DNA from: Amoebophrya sp. A120
Taxonomy: Eukaryota > Protista > Dinoflagellata
NCBI GenBank assembly: GCA_905178155.1
Contig: CAJINV010000008.1
Span: 744,001 to 808,000, forward strand
DNA: 64,000 nt
Direction of reading: 5' to 3'
A program made the position numbers and the translations under genes. The first letter of the stretch is position 1. Each line of letters opens with the position of its first letter. Shown here piece by piece: positions 12,501 to 24,617 of this stretch. The notes under the pieces are model-generated. The model was not told the origin of the DNA, ran no database searches, and saw nothing but the letters and a program-made list of their open reading frames with translations.

Positions 12501-14239
12501 CGTATGAACTGCCCACAGAAATAACGAACTAGTCAATCTCAATGCTTCTGCAACAAGTTGTGAAAAAGAAACAAATACCGTCGTGTAATAAATACAACAG
12601 CTTTGCGTCTCTCCGGCGTTTTCCGTCTTGCAAATTGAGGACGTGAAATATCGAATCGTGCTTTACCCGCCCGAAACCGGCAACTACAGCAAAGGTCAGG
12701 GGAATTTTCGCTCCAGCAAGGGCAAAGGTATAATACGCATTTCGCGATAACATGATTACGACCTTGTCGCACTACGCGACTGAGCTATATAATGTTTTTT
12801 TGGTAGTTGGCGAAGTTGCTGTACTATACCACAGTCAACGAAGTAGAGCAACTGAAGTCAACATACGTGATCCTGCACTGTGTGAATTGGAATATGTTAC
12901 GTTCTGAGAAATGTGGTTTTTTTCGAACAAGAACTTCAACATTTGTGTACGGCTTGCTACAGGTCGTATCGTGCTGAAGTGCGACACCGCAATGGGGGAC
13001 GTGGAAGAAGTTGGCAGCAAGTTTCAGTTGTCCTTTCGCTTTTTCGTGGGGGGCCCGGATAAGAAGCCGAAAATTTCGGGGCCGATGACAAACGACTTTA
13101 CGGAGCTCAACACAAAGGGACTGCCGAAGGCGGAAGAGTGGGACTTTCTGCAGCACGCGGAGCGCGGCAATTTGCTGGTGGGAGTCGAGGCGCGACAGGC
13201 GAGCTTCACAAGCACGCAGCTCCCGTTGTACCCAGACTCGTGGCTGACGCCACTGGAGCGGCAGAGGTCAACTGCGAGCGCCGTATCCAATCCGCCAGAG
13301 ATGATGGAAACCAATCTGAAAGACAAACGGGACCAGAGCTCAAGCTCGAGCGCGAGTAATGGGAACGAGACTTCTAAAAGGAAAAAGAAGAGCAGCACAA
13401 CAGCGAGCGACCAGGTCGTGCCGCAGCCGCCGGATGAAGAGAAACAGGCGGGAGCCCCCGAAGAGACCACGACGAACACCGGCATAGAATCGAACGGCAA
13501 GCACGTTGTTTACAAGGAGGGGGTGCACCAGCAGCAAGACTGCGTGGAAAGTTCGCAGTACTACGAGCGCGGGGAATGCGATGCGGATGTTTCGCGCCAT
13601 GCAGTTGAGCCACTCCCGATCCACTTGGGAGTGCCGTTCCATTCACCAGACGACATTTTTCTCGAGTGCGAAAGACAGGAAAGCTACACAAACGTACACA
13701 AATACAAGGGCAAGCATGGGGCGTCGAGCAAAGATCGCGGAAAGAAGTTCTCGGCAGACTACACGCACACACCAACGCCAAGAAGAGACAACAAGATTCA
13801 GTTCACGACAACCGCTGCGAGGCGCGGAACTGGTAGGCGGACCACGTCCTCACTCGGTAGCACTACGGTAATGATGAAGACTACTAATTCATCAGGGCAG
13901 CAGCAGCACAACCACATCGACCCCCGAGAGCAGGCACGGACGAAGGTTCCACCCAATAATAAGAGCCACAGCAAGGGATACAGTCCGCGCGTCGGCATCA
14001 ACGGCAAGAGCAATTCAACGCTCCGGGGAACGACGTCGAGAAAGGGGTGTGACTACGGGAAACTGAACGCGCCGCAGAGCAGTAGCACCGGGGACTGCAG
14101 CACGAGTGACCAATCGCCGAATGACCCATCGCCGGAATCCTATGAGTATGACCCCGGCAACGGCTTCGGCCACCCCCGTGACTACATCGTGTCCCCGGAG
14201 CACAGAAAGAATGCCAATATACCGGCGCATGTCTGTTGA
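9551..14239 (+). CDS. Dinoflagellate-type VKNTF-motif protein with YRQRT repeats and a C-terminal beta-rich (MATH-like) domain; exons about 9551-9675, 9919-9966, 10205-10370, 10546-10622, 10854-12399, 12601-12727, 12963-14239
   Basis: LVVKNTFLDL near the N-terminus. GT-AG introns link the exons in frame. The C-terminal domain reads HRVTWNVEAKRLKSTDK|LCVSPAF...RIVLYP...NFRSSKGK|GRIVLKC...WDF. The exon 2/3 boundary is the least certain. Confidence 0.7.
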
Positions 14240-16306
14240 ACCGCTATTATGAGCAGCACAATGTCTACTTTTTTAGTAGCGCCGTGTGTCACATAGGTAT
14301 TCCGATGCGAGGGGCTGGTGGATCGAGCAGCCATATCAGAGTTCCGCGCAATGTGTCACAGAAGCAGCTGGATGGTTTTGGTTTCCTATATAAATTACTC
14401 AACTTTAATATTTGAATTTGCTCTTCTCCCGAAGCAAGCTGTCAGTTAGATTAAAACACTAGCTCCGTCAGGAAAGAGTCTATTTTTGCTACAGACGGTA
14501 GCTAAACAGAAGAAGCAGTTTCCCGTCCCAAGTTCTAGTATTCATCCCATGATTTTTTCAGAACTCCTGAGTTCTCTTGTGCGATAAATATGACTGGAAA
14601 AGGTGACGTTCATTTAGAACAGACCAGCCATCGCATTCAACTATTCTTATTGTAGTTACTAGGCTTACTCCTGCAAGCAAACGGCCATTTCGCGGATTGC
14701 AGACAGGTCGGCGACTAGAAAGTACTACACGTCCCCCATGGGGGTAGGGCAGCCTGCTTTCCCTGGCTGCCTTTCTCCGTTGCGGTGAGATGAAGAAAAA
14801 TTATGTACCCGGCACTACGACCAACACAGTGATATCCTACGGTATCGACTTTTTTTTGAAGGTTGGAAGTGCTTCCTAATTGATTCACCAGCCATACACA
14901 GATACTATCCCTACGGTTTCCGGGTGTAATGTAATCTGAATCCCTACAACGTTTGCGGATCCGCCGCTGACCGACTGATCCGGTAGTTACAACAAGATCA
15001 GCAGAATAAACTATGGAGGCCACATTCGGTACTACGAGCTAATAAATCCGACTTCTGATTTATTAGCGTAGTCCAAAAGGCTGAGCGCGCTGAAGAAAAA
15101 TCTTCGCGGTAAGTTCTCCATGCTTTGAATTTTATGAAGGTGGACTTGAACTACTGACCGCTGATCTAAAGATAGGATTTCCACAAGCACGAGCTCAAGT
15201 TTCTGGGAGTACAAAAGTTTATGAAAATAGTCTGTCATTATAGTAATCAAGACGCTTTTCCGCAACTGCGCACACACTATCGGAAGCGAGTGCGACGAGG
15301 CTTGTGAGTTAGTATACACGACCAGCATGGTATTCTCAGATATGGATCATGGTATGTAAATGCCGCCTTCACGACAGACATTCGCACCAGTAAGCTGCTG
15401 GTTGTTGAGTGGAAAACCTTTTTTTTCAATCTCGTTTCTCTCGCAACTGCGGAAGCACAAACACTCCTGCCACGACCCCTTTATATGATTACCACATGAA
15501 AGATATGTGTACCTAGTCGCACAGATAAGATTATAGATTGATGGGGATGTGTTACTTTGTCACAACTCTACGAAACAAATGATGAAACAACTAGCTCATT
15601 ATCTGTGCCGGGGGACGGCAGGTGCTTTGGTAGTATCTGTGAGCACCTTTTTGGTCCCGTACTTCTGTATCGAGGAAAATTTTACACGGCTGTTGTGCCG
15701 CTGAGAATGAGCTTTCAAAGTAAATGAAGGAATGCGTCTCCACTTCGTGCTATATCCAGTTGATTCAGTTGTTTTTCGAAGAACGACGCCTTTCAAAGGC
15801 CACAGCTATGTGGTCTGGCGCCTGGTTTTTTTTTGCTGGGGCTGTCGTTGTGTTCGACGTGAAGCTTTCTTCTTCTTGGCTTTTTTGTTGTGCCATTGGT
15901 ATCTTGAGTGCCTCTGGTCAGATGCAGTTCTTTCTTACAAAAACGTTCAGTCCCGCCAAGTTTTTGCGTTTTTCTTGTGGCAGAAAAACCAGGATTTCGC
16001 GAAGTTTTTTGATCAAGGACACAGATCTTCGCTTCGGTTCCGCTAGTTTTGTTTAGATAGTGTTTAGAGACTGTTCGTGTGCATCAAACTGCAGGTTGTG
16101 CCAACGATCAAAGTAGCTCCATGACAAAGTGAAGACATACGTTTCAGAGTGACGGGTGGGCTCGATGATGCCTCTTAAAAATGTAGTCGAAATCCTCCAA
16201 CATTCTTTGAAGGGAGTGGTTCTTCAAATGATGCTGAACTCACTTTCCAAGATGACCTAACTAGCATCACCAGGCGCGCAAAACGATAGCCTCGTGAAAA
16301 TCCACC

Positions 16307-19300
16307 ATGCCGTCGTTCTTTCGACATTTTTCCCCCGTGCGCAAGCGGTTGCGTTCAGCCGGGAGGCTCTGTGTACCTGTGCTCTGTCTCCTTTGCGCCG
16401 CTATCAATCGCGTTGCTCATGGACTACCGATATCCAATGTGTGTCGCTACGACCTGACGATGGTGGAGGTGGTGGAGCGAACCCTGGATCCCCTGCTAGT
16501 AAAGTTGCAAAAGAAGTGCACGCAGGCGCAGTCGGACATTTTCCAGCGCGTCTCCGGGCATTTGGTGAAGCACAAGTTGGAACAGTTCTGCCGGGAGGGC
16601 GTGTCCGTACTACTAGGCACGCTGCAGATTTTGGAAGGGGTCTGTGCCGATTTCGAACGCATGTACGACAACGCGGTGAAGCAGAATCGTTTCGTGCGGC
16701 GAGAGCGAGGGCAGGCGTGTTCACGTTTAGACTTACTTGTGGAAGAGCTGCGTCCACGACCTGGAGGGCCTGACGGCCAGCAGCCGAAGCTTCCTCCCCC
16801 AGACACGTTGTTGACCCTGTTGCCGTATCTCGGGTTCGACCCCATGGTGTTAAGCGTTGCACTGGAACACCAGCGGCAAGGGGTGCAGTCGTCTTCGGAG
16901 AGCGCGGAGGAAACCGAAGAAGGAGCGGCAATTTCTGCGGAAGAAGGGGTAAGATTAGTAGAAAAATCACCCGCGGTCGTGCCCACGGCATCCACCGTCG
17001 CTGAGGCGATCTTTGCAGAAATGGTCGGGGAGCCACTGCTCAAAGATATTTTGTCGCGAGAGAACAAAACTGGCAAGGGCAAATCAGATCCAGCGATCGG
17101 ATCGGCTTCTGGCACACAGGTCGAGGGTAGCACTACGAGCAGCAGTGCACCAGCTAATGCGGTAGCGCAAGACGAACCGTTGCTCTCCAGTAGTAGTGGT
17201 AGCGGCGCCCTCGGCCGGCATAGGAGGCAGACCGAAGCGCTGTTGCGGGTGGTCTTTCACGACACCGAAACACTCAAGGAGACGCTGCTCCGGAGCAAAA
17301 TGGACCGCATTGCGGCCAGTTTGCGGCAGTGGAATCACACGACCACAGAGCTGCTGGCCGACTTTTCCACGGGCGAAGAATGGCGCCTGCCGCTGCTGCG
17401 CAACTTCGCGGAGTTTCTGGAAGACGAAAGTGCCCTGTTTCCCGCGAACCCTATGAAGCTGGCGAACCACTTACTTAATTTCGCGCCCTACATTGTGGAG
17501 GCCACGCTGGCCACGGTCAAGGAGGTGGTCAACTACCACCTCGCCGACTTCCACGTGAAGCACCTGCCCACACTGCTGCAGCAGATCGAGGCTTTTCCGC
17601 AGTTGGTGCAGCCCGAGCTCCGGCTCACGTCCGAACCCCTGTTCCCGGTATTCGAAGCGGACTTCCGTGGGACGACGACCGCCACAATTGCGGCAAGCAG
17701 GCCGGAGGAAGATTCGGACGTTGCTGCTACAGAAGATCCTGTTCTTGGTAGTAGTCGTGCGGCATCTTCTAGGTCTACTACTTCCGAGCAAAAAAAGAGA
17801 TCCGCAGCGCTGCTGCCCACGACACGGCCTGCTTCTGCGTCTACTTCTACAACAGGAATCACCGCTGCTTCATCGTCTTCCACAACACCAAGTCTGGTTT
17901 CGTACTCCACTCGGTCCGCGAACCTTTGCCGGTCGGTGCTAGGATTCGACAACCGGCGCGACCCGCTGCTCGCGAAGCGGCGGCTGTTCACCGACGTGAC
18001 CGGCCTGTACTCGCTGCAGCCGGGGTTGCTGGACCACCTGGAGTACTACCACGAGCAACTGAGCTACACCATCGTGGCGATGCAGCCGCGAGCGGTGATC
18101 GGCAGCGAGACGCTGCAGGACACCTACCGCCAGGACTTCGGGCGGTCGGAGTCCGTGGCGAACTCGGAGAGCGTGAAGAAGCTGACCATTGGGAAGGACG
18201 ACCTGCAGTGCAGCGCGACGGGGCTGGCTTTCACCCCCTCCAAGTGCCTCTTCGACGCCGGGTGGGGGTCGCTCACCTTCACCATCAACACGGAGCCCCC
18301 CTACGACGCCACGCTGACCGTCTCCGAGATGACGGAGAAGAACGCCGCGGCGCTCGACTGGGCTAGGGCCGATGACGGGTCGGGGGAGGAGAAGAACTTC
18401 TACAAGCGCCCGCAGCCCTTCGTCCAGCCCGTGTCCAACGGCAGCGAAAGCTACGAGGAGATCTTGGAGGCGGTCGACGGGGTGTACAAAACCCTGAACC
18501 ACCCAACGCCGGACTTCATGTTTCTCTCTCCGCTGGTCGGCAACTGCATGATGATGGAGAAGCTCGGCCGCAGCCGGGACGACCAGGGCACGACGCGGAA
18601 GCGGGACCCGCAGCTGGCGCCCAAGCTGATCCTGGTGCCGATCAATCCCTTGATCCCCCCGCCCTTCGAGTTTGTGCCGGATTTCAACAAGTGGCATGAG
18701 CACGAGTTCGGGGCAGGAGGCGAGAAAGGTACCAAGAGCGGATCTGCTGCGTCATCATCGTCAGGAGGCACGACTAGTAGTACTTCTACATCAACCTCGA
18801 CACCCATTGACGATGCTTCCTGGCTGTTTGTGCAGTGCTCGTTGACGTCCACCGTGAGCATTCTGGAAAAGCAGAATTACGCGCTGCTGCAAGTGGACCA
18901 CATGTTCGCGCTGTTCGGCCGGAAAAAGGGTCCCAGTACGAAGTTCGACGAGGGGCCACTGAAGCCGGAGGAGCTCTGGCTGCAGGGGTGGTTCTGCTCC
19001 TCAGTCGCGAAAACTTTTATGGCACTGGCGTGGAAGAGCGGCCTGGACACGGATTTTTTGCTGGACAACAGCCTGGACCCGCTGCTGCGCAAGCAGGAGC
19101 TGTGCCGTTTTCAGGATCGGTTCTCGCTTCCTATGCACGACGACGGGCAGTGCGCGGCCGTGAGCCACCAGCTGCGAGCCGAGGAACAGGCGGACCTAGC
19201 GCAGGACGAAGCGGAGTCGCAAGCGGCGAAACAACGAGAGAACGCAGCTGCTCCGGCAAAGCCAGACGGTCGTGCGGGTGGTCAAGAACCGGCAGACTCG

Positions 19301-21719
19301 TCGCTAGGCTCGCTTCCTGCCTCGTCTTTGCAGGCCAAAAGCTCGCTGTCGCTGTTCGACGGAGTGGCCTCGGAAGCTGCTGCGCTCGGAACGCTGATAA
19401 AGCGGAACGACGTGCAGGCACCGGAGGGAACAAGCAGCGGTGTTGTAGTAAAAACAGCAGTTGTTTCTTCATCAACATCTGTGGGAGGTGTTCCCGCGCC
19501 GCGCGCGTTTCACGAGAAGTGGTTTTTCCTGCGCGACTGGGACCTGCAGAACCCGAAGAACGAGCTGGGGAAGAAGTACCTGCTGGAGCAGAACGGTCGA
19601 GGCCGCTGCCTGGACGACCTCGGTTTTTGCGAGTGCTTCATCCCGTACCGCGGGCGGTGGTGCGAGGAGGTGGAGTACCTGAGGTCGTACCAGCGGGGGC
19701 CTTTGAAGAAAAAGTACCGGGCCGCGCTGCACTACCTGGTCGGGAACTCGCCCCGCTTGCTGCGCGACATCCGGGTGTCGCTGCAGATCCTGTGGAAGAA
19801 CTATAACCGGGCGCACGAGTACCCGGTGGTGATTTTCCACGACGTATTGAGAGGAAGAATCCCCCCTCCCCATATCGAAAACGAAATTTGTGATGCTGGA
19901 TTTGAGTACACAAATCAGATTTGTCTTGCTGAAGAGGACTGCAGGCCCACATCAAGCCTGAGTAGAGAGGTTTTGGCCTAGGCGCTAAGCATGAGAAACG
20001 TCTGCGCTGTAGGCCAAACAGCATCACAAACCGCCTGCATAATGCGGCGGAGCCTGTGGAGTTGCCTTCTTGCAAGACAGAGGTCGCAAATCAGCATTGC
20101 AAATTTTCTGCGACGTACCTTTTCGATATGGGGAGGGGGGATTTTTCCCCGGGATACAACGGGTTGCCTCCCGAGACGCGGCAGTACCTGGTGGAGAGCT
20201 CGCACAACGCGCTGTGGTTCGCCTTCGTGGAGGACTACACGAAGATCCCCAAGCACCTCGCGACGAAGCTGCCGCAGTCCGACTTTGCTGGGTACCCGCT
20301 GGGCTACCGCGGCATGTGCCGGTTCCGCAGCGGCCCGATCTTTCTGCATCCGATCTTGCGCAACATGGACTACGCGTTCACCCTAGACACCGACGGATAC
20401 TTCCCCGCGCCCGTGCAGCACGACCCCATCGAGCGCATGCACCGAGAAAACCGCGTCTACATGTATTCCCACATCTCCCGAGACCAGGCGGGGCAGGTGC
20501 AACACTTTTGGGAGTTCACCCGACTGTACCTCGAACACAAGCAGTACATTATCCCGATGGAGGCGCCGTCGTAAAGGTAATCAATCTCTCCGCACCACGA
20601 GCGAGGCAGTGTGCCGCCAGCAACGAAGAAGGAGTCTTCTAGTATACATGTGTATTTTATGATCGCGACAGGCAGTGTCTAACTAGGTTTGCACTTGAAT
20701 ACCTCACCGACGCTATCATGGATGACACAGGGGCATCCTGAGGAGGGTGCATAAAGAGCGGGCCCTGCTGATCTCGCGCCGTCATCTGCATTCCATGCTG
20801 TAGCGTGTTGCTCGCGATCTGCGACGAGAGCTCGCGTGTGCGTGTAAAGCGGAATGCAGCCAAATATAATAAGTTTAATAACATGATTGAAGCAACTTCT
20901 CTTCTTCGTAGTAGTTGCCGGAGAAAGAAAGTTTTTGCACTTTTGCATACGCAACCCGAAGTCTACGAAATTGATGCGGCGGATCACGGACGCACTGGTG
21001 ATGCGGGACACGTACTGGCACGAGTGGAACCGATTGCTTTTCATGAACGACATCGAGCTGGTGAAGCTGTCCTGGTTCCAGTCCCCGGTGTATCAGGACT
21101 ACTTTCAGTTTCTGGATTCCATGGGCGGGTTCTGGCTCTACCGTTGGGGCGACCACGGCATCCGGACGATCGCTATCGCGCTGCACCTGGGGGAGGAGTT
21201 TCTGGCGAAGCTGAACGTGCCGTACTCGCACCAGAGCGCTTGCGTGTGTCCCGAGGACCCGGCGCGCGGCCGCCCCATGAAGTGCGTCAAGCGGAAGGAC
21301 AAAAAGAAGCAGGACGAACACCTCTTCCACACCAGCCAGGACGTGTTATCCAGTGCAAATATGTCTGGGTCTGGAACAGTGGAACTTGTGGTGCGTGTCT
21401 TGCATATCTGGAAAATCTGTGTTGCATGAGCAGCAAAAGAGGAGCTTGCTTTGTCATGCAAAAACGCAATTTGTGATGCGTGGTAGGCTTCAGCAGGCCT
21501 CTCTAAAACTTGTCATGCCTGGCTGCCATTACAAGCGCTTCAATCATGCTCAATTCAGCATCACAGATTTCCAGACCCAGACATGTTTGCAGTGCATACG
21601 TGTCCCGCAGCTACAAGTTCGAGTGCGTTTACGTCGAACCGGGCGAGAAAGTTCCCTCCGGACCGGAAGCCGGAAATTTTGGCGTCGTAGACCCCGACCG
21701 CTTTTTTGGTGGCTCTTGA
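16307..21719 (+). CDS. Large fusion protein: long N-terminal region (degenerate FkbM-like fold, EGF-like motif) plus a C-terminal GT15 (KRE2/MNT1-like alpha-1,2-mannosyltransferase) domain
   Basis: GT15 motifs YPVVIFHD, GYRGMCRFRSGPIFLHPIL, YFQFLDSMGGFWLYRWGD. Frames join after removing introners 19845-20161 and 21347-21603 and an unresolved intron at about 20544-20954. Confidence 0.8.
19845..20156. mobile_element. Introner, family B (312 nt), intron in the GT15 gene; interior inverted relative to the copies at 25881 and 45348
   Basis: TIR tattgagaggaagaatcccccctccccatatcgaaa / tttcgatatggggaggggggatttttccccgggata; TSD cgacg/caacg. Removal gives IFHDGLPPETRQY. Confidence 0.9.
21347..21598. 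mobile_element. Introner, family A (252 nt), intron in the GT15 gene
   Basis: TIR tatccagtgcaaatatgtctgggtctggaa / ttccagacccagacatgtttgcagtgcata; TSD cgtgt. Removal gives HTSQDVSRSYKFEC. Confidence 0.92.
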
Positions 21720-21724
21720 ACCGT

Positions 21725-21976
21725 TATCAACTGTAAAAATGTCTGGGTCTGGAAGAATTCATGTTTGTCATGCTTGTCTGGCATGACTCTTAAATCTGTC
21801 ATGCACGTTACCCAAGAGCTCCGTTTTTCTGTGATGCAGAAGCGCAGTCTGTCATGCAGAACAGGCAACACCTAAGAGCTCAGAAACTTGTCATGCTGAG
21901 CCAGCATCTGTAGCCTCATCATGAGACGCCACCCAGCATCACAAGTTTCCAGACCCAGACATTTTTACATTTGATA
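21725..21976. mobile_element. Introner, family A (252 nt), in the 3' UTR; the TSD begins immediately after the stop codon
   Basis: TIR tatcaactgtaaaaatgtctgggtctggaa / ttccagacccagacatttttacatttgata; TSD accgt. Near reverse complement of 45713-45964. Confidence 0.92.
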
Positions 21977-22825
21977 ACCGTGCAGAGCATTGCCGAGGTT
22001 CCGGTGGTAAGGATTTTTATCGTAAAGTACGATTCGCGACTTTACATGCAAGCAATCGCCGAAATAGGCACCTTTTCACAAGTATGAATGCATCTTTAGT
22101 CTATACATCTAACGAAGCGCATGACGCTAATCAATGGTAATGCCCGCATCGACAAAATTTTATTTGCAGGTGCAGTCACGTTCTAGCGCTACTCAAATGT
22201 AAATTGAAATGGTCGTTTTTTCGCTTCGACAGAGTTCTCCGAGGACATTGCAGTGAATGTTGTCAGTGACATTGAATAAAGTGAAGCTTCAGATGAAATT
22301 ATTTCCAACAGCACGATCCATTCAGCTCGATTCCAAAGTGTTGAATGAAATTCACCTTGCGATCAAAAGAATGAAAGCACGCAGGTGTGCATTACTAGAT
22401 GCGATGCGTTCAAGTGCACTGACAAGAGATCCAAGTGAAATTCGAACGAATGATGATCTCGACGAAATGCGAGGAAGCAGAAAAGGGAAGAGCGAGCAGT
22501 CAAGATCTGATGCGAAGAAGCGACGAGGACTGTTTACTCTGTGTCACCGAAGCGAACTCTGCGCTGTCTTCTACTACATACACGATAAAAATTGATGATG
22601 TTTAGAATCCCAACAGTGATTTTTAGTGCAGTGGTTTGTGGTGGTAGTTTCATTTTCATTTATGTGGTGGATCATTCGAGCTGCTCGTGTGCGCGTGCAT
22701 TATTGAAAATAACGATATTGTTGAACCCAAAACCTCTTTGTCCCTGGAATTCAAGATAGTTGCGCGCAGATATTTATTTATTCTAGCGACTTTATTCCTA
22801 CCTACTTCACATTTATTCCACCACC

Positions 22826-23888
22826 ATGGCTGACGCGAATCCGCAGCAGGGCATCACCAAGCTCTGGCGAATCCGCCGGACTGTTGGCGAGATGCTCCAC
22901 GACCGGGGGTATGTAGTTTCCGCGGCTTTTCGGAACGAGTCTCGCGCGGACTTCCAGCAGGCGTGGGAGCAGGCACAAGCGGACGGGGTCGGCCGGGAGC
23001 GATTCGTCATCCTCTGCTCCCACAAGGACAACACGGACGACAAAATCTTAGTGTACTTCTACTTGCTACTTCTAGATGGGATAGGTTCATCAATACCTTC
23101 GCGGGGGTCATGCCCTCTCGTTCCTCTCTGGTCCTCTATGGACGACTTTCATCAATGTTGTACGGCGCCAAAACTACCGGTTTCCTCGTTGCACGCATGA
23201 TGAACTGGTGTTTTTCCAGCAGCGTCCGCGGTTGCACTTGCTGACAAAGAAGAAGAAATAAACAGAAAAAACTTTGCAAAAAGAAATAATTCCACAAACA
23301 GGTACTTCCCGGATGACAGCAAGCGCGTGGGTGTAAAACCAATACGCATCCTGGCTGAGAAGATGACGGAGAACGATATTAGTCACGCAATTTTGGTCGT
23401 GCGGCAGAGCCTCACACCATTCGCGAAGTCAGCCATTGCCGAGACGTTGTCAAGGATGCGCATCGAGGTGTTCCACGAGAACGAGCTGGTCATCAACATC
23501 ACAAAGCACGAACTGGTACCGACGCACGTGCCGTTAACTGCCGAGGAAAAGAGATATCTGCTTGAAAGGTAACAACTACTACGCGGGACGATGCAGTTCT
23601 TTAGTTTGTTTTGATGGAAATTCATCAACTTGGTGCCGCACTGAGATTGGTAAAAATCATGCGTTCAACATTTTGGTACACCAGCGGACGGCCATAACTC
23701 TAAAAATCAAAAACTATCTACCCATTATTCATGCAAACAGGTACCAACTGAAGCCATCACAACTTCCGCGTATCCAGATGAATGACCCCATCGCACGATA
23801 TTTTGGTTTGGAAAAGGAAAAGGTGGTGAAGGTCATCCGGCCCAGTGAAACTGCTGGAAGATATGTCACCTACCGTCTGGTAGTGTGA
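22826..23888 (+). CDS. RPB5: DNA-directed RNA polymerases I/II/III subunit RPB5; exons 22826-23052, 23302-23568, 23741-23888
   Basis: [31 protein letters not shown] and [17 protein letters not shown]...[14 protein letters not shown]; two GT-AG introns. Confidence 0.97.
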
Positions 23889-24617
23889 TAACCTCTACTC
23901 CCATACTGGTGGACCAGCGACGGCGTATTAGTGGCTGCAGGAGCTACGACCAAGCAAGAACAGCGAGCGAGCGAAGCCTTGCACGAACAGGAAGCATACT
24001 GCGGAGTTTGATGCTGCACTCAAGTGGAGTTGTATAGCGGTGACGCTACAAATACAGCTGAGTGGGTGTTGGAAGATGTTTCTTGCATCGGGCAAATAAG
24101 ACGAACCGTCACCGCGCGATGATTGTTGTCAGGATAGATCTTCTGGTCGCTGCATTTTTTGCTACAAGCGCAGCTGTGCGCCGCCACTACCTCCTACCTG
24201 ACGCGAATTATATGACAGGCTACTATGCGCATGTTTGTATAATGCTGGGTTCGCATGTTTTCATTGTTCCGCTGGTTCTCGAGATGAAAATAAAGATGAT
24301 TTGTTTTTCCCGCCACAGCTTACAGCCCACTGGGGTGTAGTCATGATGTTCAATCGATTGTTGACCTGCTCTGCTCGTAAGCCCGAAAGATGAGGTCGTG
24401 GTTGCATTTTTGTCGTTGTTCGTGACGCATTTTTCGTCCCAAGTGTGTACCACTGTTTGTTGCGTACGACAGAACTGAAACAGATCAACTGGCACCTGTA
24501 TGGGTTGCGCCCCTTGCTGTCTATTGGGTGGGCTGTTTTTTGATATGTGTCAATGACTTGAAAAGCCTTTGGTGTGAAAGTGGTACAAAAAGTCTTTTTA
24601 CGTGTAATTCCGCGAAG

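Noticed and set aside
14700-16060. Intergenic stretch with short ORFs and a K/R-rich minus-strand reading, possibly a decayed gene or TE
   Set aside because: No recognisable domain, terminal repeats or sustained ORF.
19845-21598. Frameshifts or stops read as pseudogenisation or an alternative genetic code
   Set aside because: Precise element removal restores conserved motifs, and TAA, TAG and TGA all serve as normal gene ends in this window.
21347-21976. Repeated tgtctgggtctggaa units as a CRISPR array
   Set aside because: The repeats are inverted pairs bounding TSD-flanked elements in eukaryotic genes; there are no spacers and no cas genes.
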